In this document: piece by piece, positions 56,529-64,000 of the stretch
Numbering within the stretch: position 1 is the stretch's first letter
How the letters are laid out: every line of letters starts with the position of its first letter
The notes under the pieces: generated by a model
Seen by the model: the letters and a program-made list of their open reading frames with translations, nothing else
Told to the model about the DNA's origin: nothing
Database searches by the model: none
Source of the DNA: an uncultured Acidobacteriota bacterium
Lineage (GTDB): Bacteria; Acidobacteriota; Terriglobia; Terriglobales; Acidobacteriaceae
Length of the DNA stretch: 64,000 bases
NCBI GenBank assembly: GCA_963729915.1
Contig: CAVSQE010000019.1
Coordinates: 42,292 to 106,291, forward strand
Direction: 5' to 3'
Made by a program: the position numbers and the translations under genes

Positions 56529-57449
56529 ATGAGCGACACGCGCAAACCGATTGTGATTGTCGGCAGCATCACGATGGATCTGGTCACGCGGACGCCGCGC
56601 ATTCCCGCGATCGGGCAGACCTTGATCGGAACGGGATTTGAGACCACGCCCGGAGGCAAGGGCGCGAACCAGGCAGTGGCCGCGGCGCGACTCAGCTATC
56701 GCGTGGCCATGGTGGCCAAGGTGGGCGACGACACCTTCGGGCCGGTATTGCTCGAGAACCTGAAGCACGCGGGCGTGGATACGACGGCGATGGCTCACAC
56801 CGCCGGCTCGTCGGGACTGGCGCCGATGTTTGTTGCCGACGACGGGCAGAATGCCATCGTGGTGGTCCCGGGCGCGAACGGCAAGATGGATCGCGCAACG
56901 GTGGACAGCCACGCGGATCTGATTCGCTCAGCCGGCATGGTTCTCTGCCAACTCGAAATTCCCATGGACACGCTGACCTACACCCTGGACCTTTGCGCCA
57001 AAGCGCAGGTGCCGGTGATGCTCGACCCCGCGCCGGCGGCGACTTTACCCGATGCGGTGTGGAATCAGGTGGCGTGGTTTACTCCCAACGAAACCGAGGC
57101 AGCGTTTTACGTGGGCGACGGGACCGACGTGGAGGGCACGGCGAAGCGCCTGCATGCGAAAGGTCTGCGCGGCGTCGTGCTGAAGCGCGGCGCTGAGGGC
57201 GCATTTGTTTCAGTTGCAGGCGAAAGGGCTGAGTGGGTCAAGCCGTTCAAGGTGGACGCCATCGATACCGTGGGCGCGGGTGACTGCTTCAACGGCGCAT
57301 TTGCCGTGGCGCTCGCGGAGGGCAAGGACCCTTGGGCTGCGGCGCGGTTCGCCAATGCCGCGTCGGCCATCAGCGTGACGCGCAAGGGCGCGCAGGCCTC
57401 GATGCCGATGCGCGCCGAAGTCGAGGAGTTTCTCGTCGCACGCGAGTAA
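56529..57449 (+). CDS. rbsK: Ribokinase
   Basis: IVIVGSITMDLV, GGKGANQAVAAARL, DTVGAGDCFNGAFA (PfkB family, ribokinase pattern). Confidence 0.85.
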   Translation: MSDTRKPIVIVGSITMDLVTRTPRIPAIGQTLIGTGFETTPGGKGANQAVAAARLSYRVAMVAKVGDDTFGPVLLENLKHAGVDTTAMAHTAGSSGLAPMFVADDGQNAIVVVPGANGKMDRATVDSHADLIRSAGMVLCQLEIPMDTLTYTLDLCAKAQVPVMLDPAPAATLPDAVWNQVAWFTPNETEAAFYVGDGTDVEGTAKRLHAKGLRGVVLKRGAEGAFVSVAGERAEWVKPFKVDAIDTVGAGDCFNGAFAVALAEGKDPWAAARFANAASAISVTRKGAQASMPMRAEVEEFLVARE

Positions 57450-57726
57450 CCCGCGCTGTTCCAGAAACATGTGATCAATCAGCGGCGCATTTCTTGCGTC
57501 GCGTGCTCTGCGCCCGGCTGGCTCGCAGTAGAAGGTCGCGGAACGCCGAAACTCCGCGGGAGCCTGGAGTCCGCAGACACGTCTGTGTCAAACCTGGCTT
57601 TATGCCTTCGAGCTGCCTAGCTAAACGAATCCGCCCCCCGCGGGATCGCGACTGATCTAATTAGAGATATTCGGCCCATGATTCTTCCCAGCGCGGTTCC
57701 CAATTAGATTCAGTGGCTTCAATCCG

Positions 57727-57745
57727 GTGACAAACGGTTTGTCAC
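57727..57745. promoter_or_regulatory. Perfect 19-nt palindrome (putative operator) abutting a TTGACA -35-like hexamer (57746-57751)
   Basis: GTGACAAAC g GTTTGTCAC read directly. TTGACA follows immediately. A weak -10 candidate TAGCAT lies at 57771-57776 (19-nt spacing). Confidence 0.45.
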
Positions 57746-58093
57746 TTGACAGTTGTACCTGGCCATTGAGTAGCATCGGTCCGCTCCTCGAAAGGGAGTT
57801 TAAGACCCCACTCCGAAAACGATAACGTAAAGGCTCCCGGCGCTAAAAAGGCAGTTGTAAGCTCGCTTTGCTCACAGTTTGCCCGCAAAACCGCGTTCGT
57901 TTGGGAGCCCTTCACGCACCGGGACGGCTTTGGTAACGAAGAGAGGTTCACCTCTCAAGTAGCAGAGAGGAGACGAGTTGATCAATGTAAACAGTTACAG
58001 ATCAACATGAATTTCAACCGTGAACCCGAGTGAATCCACTTTACGATCCGCACATTGAGCGCGGAGAAACCGAAACCCTTCATGGAGGATCCG

Positions 58094-61000
58094 ATGCCTT
58101 TTAAAAGACAGTCAGTGGTAATGCTGCTCATGGTGTTGCTGTTCTCGAGCTCGATATTATTGGCGCAAACAACAACCGCTGAAGTGAATGGCGTGGTGCT
58201 GGACAATGCGGGCAGGTTCATCCCGGGCGCTTCGGTGAAGGTAACCAGCCAGGAGACGAACATCGTCAGCGCAATCGAGACGAACCAGGACGGTACGTTT
58301 ACGATCATCAACCTCCTGCCCGGCAGATACATTTTGACCGTGGAAAAATCCGGGTTCAAAACTGTCAAGCTGCCTGTGTTCACCCTGGATGTGAACCAGA
58401 TCCTGACACAAAAGTTGACGATGCAGGTCGGCTCTGCGCAGGAAACGGTGACAGTTACCAGCGAAACGACGCAGCTTCAAAGTTCGACGGCGGAGTTGGG
58501 CACCACGATCGATCCACAGATGGTGGCGGCGCTACCTATGAATGGGCGCAACTTCACCGAAACAGAGATCGATCAGCCCGGCGTAACCCCGATCTCAACG
58601 GCACAATCTTCGGGCGTGGGTTCAGGCGACGGCACCATGATCGGGATTCCCGGCACGGTTACGTACAAAGTTTCAATCAACGGGCAAGTCAACCGATCCA
58701 CCGAGTATTTTCTCGACGGCATCATCAACAGCGATTTCCGCATCTCGGCCTATGCCTACCTGCCGATCGAGGATACGATCGACGAATTCAAGATCCAGTC
58801 GCACAACAGCGATGCCGAGTACGGGGGAGTGCTGGGCGGAGTGGTGAATCTGGCGACCAAGGGCGGCACGAACAATCTTCATGGGTCAGCATGGGAATAT
58901 GCCAGGAGTCAGATTTTTGACGCCCGCAATCCGTTTACGGGATTCTGTAACGCAGCCCAGTGCGCCGGGCTCGCCAGCAAGCTCGCCGGCGAAGTGACCG
59001 CAGGCACGATCACAGCCGCGCAGGAAGCCGCGACCCTTTCAAGTACTCCCGTGTCGCCGCTTGGCTATTCGCAGAATGAATTCGGCGCCACTATCGGCGG
59101 ACCGATCATCAAGAACAAAACCTTCTTTTACGCCGGGTACGAAGGCTGGCGTTACTCCAAGCCCAGCAATTCTTTCGCCATCACCCCAACCGCCCAGGAG
59201 TTGAGCGGAGACTTCAGCGGCGAAGTGTCTCCCGAACTGATCGGAACGGTGAATAGTTCAAAGACCGGAACTACGCCGAATCAGCTCTACAACCCATTCG
59301 CAGAGTCGGGCGCCAGTTCCGCCGTGCCGTTTACTTGCTTGTCAAACACAGTCGGCATAGCCGGTCAGACCCCTACCCCGGAGCCGTTGCTTAATCCCGG
59401 CGCCACTTTCGGGACCCCCGGCTACGGTCAACAGGTGTCAGGGGGAACGCCTTGCAACGTACTGCCTGCGGGACTAATCGACTCCAAAGTGGCGGCACTG
59501 GCTTCGGCCTACACGAAGCAACAAGCCGCGGCGTGCTTGTTCAGCCCGAATTACGCTACCAATGTTGACAACTGCCTGGATAGTCGTCCAACAACCGACA
59601 ACTCCGAAAACATGAATGTGCGCATCGACGAACATCTCGGGAATAAGGACACTTTGTGGGGCCGCGCATCGATGTTCTGGGATACGGACACCGGAATCGT
59701 TGCAGGCACCTCCTCGATAAGTCCCACTTCGTACCATGCGTGGAACTATGGCGGCGGCTGGGACCACGCCTTCACGCCGGATTTTATTCTCGACGTCCAT
59801 GGCGGCTATAACTCGAAGCCGTACCAGATTAACCCCACAAATTCAGCGGGCTTCACGCCGGAAACATCCGCAGGGCTTTCCGGGCTTACCCCGACGCAAG
59901 GCTTGTACATCAGCCCGTCCAGCTATCCCAATATGGGCAACATCGGACCTGAGCTGCGGGGTAATCCGATCGGGAGCGGTACCGGCAGTATTACGTGGAT
60001 ACACGGCAGGCACAATGTGAAAGCTAGGGTTGCAGTACATCTATGAGCAGCGATTCCAGTCGAATTTGTATGCTCAATTCGTTTACAGCACGAGCCAGAC
60101 GTGCCCGACCAACAGTTCCGGAAATTTTGCCTGCAGCGGTGCGGAAGGAAATGCTCTGGCGTCGGCCTTACTGGATCTCCCGTCCAGTTACAGTGCCAAT
60201 TTGCCCAAATATGATGTCATCCATCTGAGAGTCCAGAGCTGGGCCGGATACGTTCAGGACGAATGGCACGTAAGACCCAACCTGACCTTGAACCTTGGCC
60301 TGCGGTACGATTTCATCCCTGCCGTCGCAAATATTGCCGGCGACGGTCAGACATTCAATGCGCTGGATCTGCCCGATCACCAATACATCATTCAAGGCTC
60401 TGCGTCGAATCCGGCCTATGCTACGGGTTGCGGTTCGCCCGAGGTTCCGCCCTGCATTCCCGGCGGACTGTCGGCGGTTGCGGACAACACATCGATCGTT
60501 TTCTCTTCGAAGCAGCCCGTGGCCGGAGCCATTAAAGACAATGTTGGCCCGCGCCTCGCCGTGGCATGGCAATTTACTCCAAAGATGGACCTCCGCGTGG
60601 GGTACGGCTGGTACTACGACACCATGAGCGCTCGCAGCCAGTGGGTACAAAACACATTGGCAGGGATCGCTGTGGCCGTTTACCGGCGGTGTGGCCTACA
60701 CCTTCAACAACGCTCCCATCGGGGCTACGCCGAGCAGCACAACGTTCCCGATTTGTAATTCGATAGCGTCCTGCGGCGCCACAACTGCCGGATACTCCGG
60801 GTCGTCGTTTGAGAACGCGATCGGCTTGTCCAACCCCGTGGTGAATCCCACTCCGTGGTCCAACACGAGCTACACCAATGATCCACGCTACTCCAATCCG
60901 CGGTCGCAGCAATGGCAGTTCGACATCGAGCGGCAACTGAGTCCGAGTTCGGTGGTCTCCGGTGGCCTACGTGGGCAGCTCGACGCAGCGACTGGACTTC

Positions 61001-62017
61001 ACCGGCCAAGCCAACGAGCCGGTCGGGCCGTTCTGCGAGAACACCGCGCAGTGCGCCACCCCGGTGACATCGGCTCAGGCGGAACTGACGGAGTACATGC
61101 CGTTCTCGTCAACCGGCTGGCACTACGCCGAATCTACCGGCATTTCAAACTACAACGCCCTGCAGGCTCAATACCATCAGCACTTTTCCAATGGCCTGTC
61201 GGCGCTGGTGGCCTATACCTGGTCGAAGTGCTTGTCAACGAGCAACGGCTGGTTTAACGCCGAAAACGGTGACCTGGGCGATCCCATAGAGGACTTCTTC
61301 AACACCTCGCTTGATTATGGAATCTGCGGTTTTAATACTCCGCAGGAATTCAACGTGAGCGGAGTGTACGACCTGCCCTTCGGAAAGGGCCAGAAGTGGC
61401 TCTCACACGGGCCTCTTGCATGGACTCTGGGCAACTGGAATGCGGCCGGTTCCTTCCTGATGCGCTCCGGCCAGGCATTCAACCCGACCTGGGGAGGCGC
61501 CAGCAATATCTGCTCGGGTTCTGCGACGGCAAACTGCGTACCGACCTCAATTGCCGGGCTGGCCACGACCTCGAGCGATCCGGCTAGTCTTTCCGTGCCG
61601 GGCAGCTCGTACACCGGATACAGCAGACCCAGCGTAGTTCCTAGCTGCAACCTCCACGCCAGCCAGGGCGAATCGCAATGGTACAACCCGAATTGTCTTG
61701 TCAGCCCGGCGTCAACTCAGGTCGGGCCCGGATACGGATTCGGAAACGCGGCCATCGGTGGACTTAGGACACAAGCATTTAACTCAGTGGACTTCTCTCT
61801 GATCAAGAACATTCCCATACGAGAGCACACAACGGTGCAGCTTCGCTTCGAGGGCTTCAACGTGGGCAACCACGTGGTATGGGGCGAACCGGGCGTCTCG
61901 ATCGCTCCCAGCTACTCTTCAACGTCTGGAGGCACCACCTACGGCACTGCGGGCGCGATCAGCAGCATCTCAAGCACACCGCGGGAGTTACAGATGGCTG
62001 CAAAATTCACGTTTTAG
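58094..62017 (+). pseudogene. TonB-dependent receptor with N-terminal CarboxypepD_reg domain (acidobacterial type), interrupted by three single-base frameshifts
   Basis: Signal peptide MPFKRQSVVMLLMVLLFSSSILLAQ; CarboxypepD_reg VNGVVLDNAGRFIPGASVKVTSQETN...GRYILTVEKSGF; plug and barrel; terminal ...ELQMAAKFTF. The frame changes at ~60026, ~60659 and ~60961, with sequence continuity across each junction. Confidence 0.8.
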
Positions 62018-62229
62018 TCCGTGCTCCATTGGACATCCAGCACGGCGGAGGGCCGTTACTTCGCGCACCTCCGTCGTGCCGTCAACCACCATGATCTTTT
62101 TCTACGTACCGCAACCTGCAACCTTCTCCTCTCCGGACCGAAGAACGCATCGCTCCTGAGAGGAGCACTTTCGCACTTCAGGCGGCCTGTTGGCGCGGGA
62201 AGTCGATCTGCCATTGAGAGGATGAGCAC

Positions 62230-64000
62230 ATGCAAGACGAAATGGATCGAATCCGCCGCAGAGATTTCTTGCGGCTGAGTGGCGCGGGAATCGCGGCCGC
62301 GAGCCTTCACACACTGCTGCCCAGCCCGCTCGCGCAAGCGCAGCCGGGAGAGCCTGCCGGCACGCGAACAGCACCGGCTCATCCGGTGTCGCTGCTCTCG
62401 AAGCAACTGGAGGTGACGCTCGACGGCGACGATGGCCTTCCCTACGAGTATCACTGGGTCGCGACCGGAGCCAAGCTGCGCGGCGAAGACTTCGGTCTCA
62501 AGATGACGGCGACCATCTGCCAGCGCGACTCATGGCGGTTTTTCACGGCCACTGCCGAACGGCCGCAATCGTCGCAGGGCAAACCCGCATCCGTGGCGCG
62601 TTTTCATTTCACAGTTCGGGATGGATCGGGCGACAGCGCGACGGCCTGCGCGTCCTTCACGCTGCATTATGAACTGACCGGAGCCACGCTGCAGATTACC
62701 CTCGACGACATCGAAGAAACGAACGGCTACGAACTGCTCGAAGTGGCCATGCCGCGGTTGGCGACGGTGCGCGAGGAAGACGGCCCGGCGTGGCTGGTGC
62801 ACGGCGACTTGGGCGGGCACCTGGTGATGCTGGCCGACGCCAAAGCTGGCACGCTCCCACCGAACAGGTTCTGGGGTAACATCAACGGATCCCTGCCCGT
62901 AAATATGGTGGGCACCGGCCAACTGATGTGTGTGCAGGAGACGACCGCGTTCATGGACACGACGGCGGTTGCCGTCGCTGGTACGGCCGGCAGCCGGCGC
63001 GCGTCGATCGGGTCAGGGCGCGTGCATCGCGTGAACGGCCACGACTGTTACGACCTGAACCTGGGTACGGGCGCGCCGCTGAATTGCGGCGTGACGGCAA
63101 CGCCGAATGTACTCGTCGAAGACACACCCTCGTGCCGGCTGGATTTTCTCCCCGTGACCGGCGACCCGCGCTCGGCGTGGATCAAAGCCGGCAAGATGAT
63201 TCGCGATCGCATGCCGGCGATACCGAGCGGCTTTTATCACGACAAGCACATGTACGGCATTCACTGCGACGAGCCGCTTTTCCCTGAACCCACGGCGACG
63301 TTTGCGCAATGCGAGCAGGTGATTGCGGAGATTGCAGACCTCCTCGATCACGCACCCCAGATCGTGCACTTGTGGGGATGGCAGTTCAGGGGCAAGGACA
63401 CGGGCTATCCGGCAGTGAACAAAGTCAACGAGCGCATTGGCGGCTATGAAGGCATGATGCAGTTGATGGAGCGCGGACGCGCACACAACGCCACCGTGAC
63501 ACTCTCAGACAACTACGACGACGCGTACAAGAGCAGCCCGGCTTGGGACGACGCGCTCATCGCACGGCGGCCAGACGGCCAGCTGTGGCAAAGCCGCTCG
63601 TGGACCGGCGAAGTGTCGTATATCCTTGGCCTCGCGAAGTTCATGGAGGGCCCCGGCGTGGAACGCGTGCGCTACACCTGCGAGCGCTACAAGCTGCCGC
63701 AAACCACGCATGTCGACGTGCTCTCCTACTACGCCATTCGCAACGATTGGGACCCGAAACGTCCGGCCAGCGGCATTCGCAATCTCCGCCACGGACGCTA
63801 TCGAGTGCTCGAGGAGTTCGCCAAGCACGGCGTGGACGTAACCTCGGAGGCGTTGCGGTATCCCATGATCGGCAAGATCAGCTGTGTGTGGTACGCGCAG
63901 CCCTCGGAGACGAGCCCGTTGGGCGGCAAGCCGGTTCCGCTTCTGCCGCTGATCTACGGCAAGAGCGCCATCTGGGGACTGAGCAGCACGAACGGCGACG
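62230..64000 (+). CDS. Tat-exported glycoside hydrolase, GH101-like (endo-alpha-N-acetylgalactosaminidase family) candidate; 3' end outside window
   Basis: I translated it by hand and found it open from the ATG at 62230 to the window end. Tat motif RRRDFLRLSGAGIAAASL. The segment QIVHLWGWQFRGKDTGYPAVN resembles the GH101 catalytic-domain signature. It is not in the ORF track because no stop is reached. Confidence 0.5.
   Translation, partial: MQDEMDRIRRRDFLRLSGAGIAAASLHTLLPSPLAQAQPGEPAGTRTAPAHPVSLLSKQLEVTLDGDDGLPYEYHWVATGAKLRGEDFGLKMTATICQRDSWRFFTATAERPQSSQGKPASVARFHFTVRDGSGDSATACASFTLHYELTGATLQITLDDIEETNGYELLEVAMPRLATVREEDGPAWLVHGDLGGHLVMLADAKAGTLPPNRFWGNINGSLPVNMVGTGQLMCVQETTAFMDTTAVAVAGTAGSRRASIGSGRVHRVNGHDCYDLNLGTGAPLNCGVTATPNVLVEDTPSCRLDFLPVTGDPRSAWIKAGKMIRDRMPAIPSGFYHDKHMYGIHCDEPLFPEPTATFAQCEQVIAEIADLLDHAPQIVHLWGWQFRGKDTGYPAVNKVNERIGGYEGMMQLMERGRAHNATVTLSDNYDDAYKSSPAWDDALIARRPDGQLWQSRSWTGEVSYILGLAKFMEGPGVERVRYTCERYKLPQTTHVDVLSYYAIRNDWDPKRPASGIRNLRHGRYRVLEEFAKHGVDVTSEALRYPMIGKISCVWYAQPSETSPLGGKPVPLLPLIYGKSAIWGLSSTNGD

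Noticed and set aside
57746-57776. Confident sigma70 promoter call
   Set aside because: The -35 hexamer is perfect, but the best -10 (TAGCAT) sits at a 19-nt spacing. I kept it only as a low-confidence part of the palindrome feature.
57780-58093. Cobalamin or other riboswitch in the long leader of the TonB receptor
   Set aside because: I found no B12-box-like (GCCACTG) or other conserved riboswitch core by eye, only generic short hairpins. An Rfam/Infernal scan would be needed to decide.

Overview
High-GC (~60%) chromosomal segment that looks acidobacterial; this is inference from two TIGR03435-family genes, a CarboxypepD_reg-type TonB receptor and typical intergenic hairpin repeats. The left 7.2 kb is the end of an integrated mobile element. 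It holds a 5'-truncated giant DEAH/SNF2 helicase of the methylase-helicase class, an atypical AbiE-like nucleotidyltransferase + wHTH two-gene module, and a tyrosine integrase that stops 14 nt before tRNA-Lys(UUU). That two-gene module is my best candidate for an undescribed (defence/TA) system. The rest is mostly housekeeping: rlmN, M16/M19/S10 peptidases, secG with tRNA-Leu(GAG), pfk, SulP, acyl-CoA ligase, pstS, a PhoBR-like pair, etfBA with a membrane Fe-S oxidoreductase, and ribokinase. There is also an ~11 kb Wzx/Wzy-type polysaccharide locus (39.0-50.4 kb) containing a PCP-OPX fusion gene, and a TonB-receptor / Tat-exported glycosidase pair at the right edge. Other oddities: four loci broken by single-base indels (pilin, LolA leader, a CCA-type nucleotidyltransferase with a histone-H1-like tail, the TonB receptor); a ~0.85 kb insert flanked by diverged 69-nt copies of a dipeptidase gene 3' end; a 7-nt tandem repeat in the phoB-phoR spacer; repeated 30-nt hairpin elements; and a perfect 19-nt palindrome at a promoter-like site. 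No rRNA genes or CRISPR arrays were seen. All family assignments rest on motifs read by eye, with no database searches.
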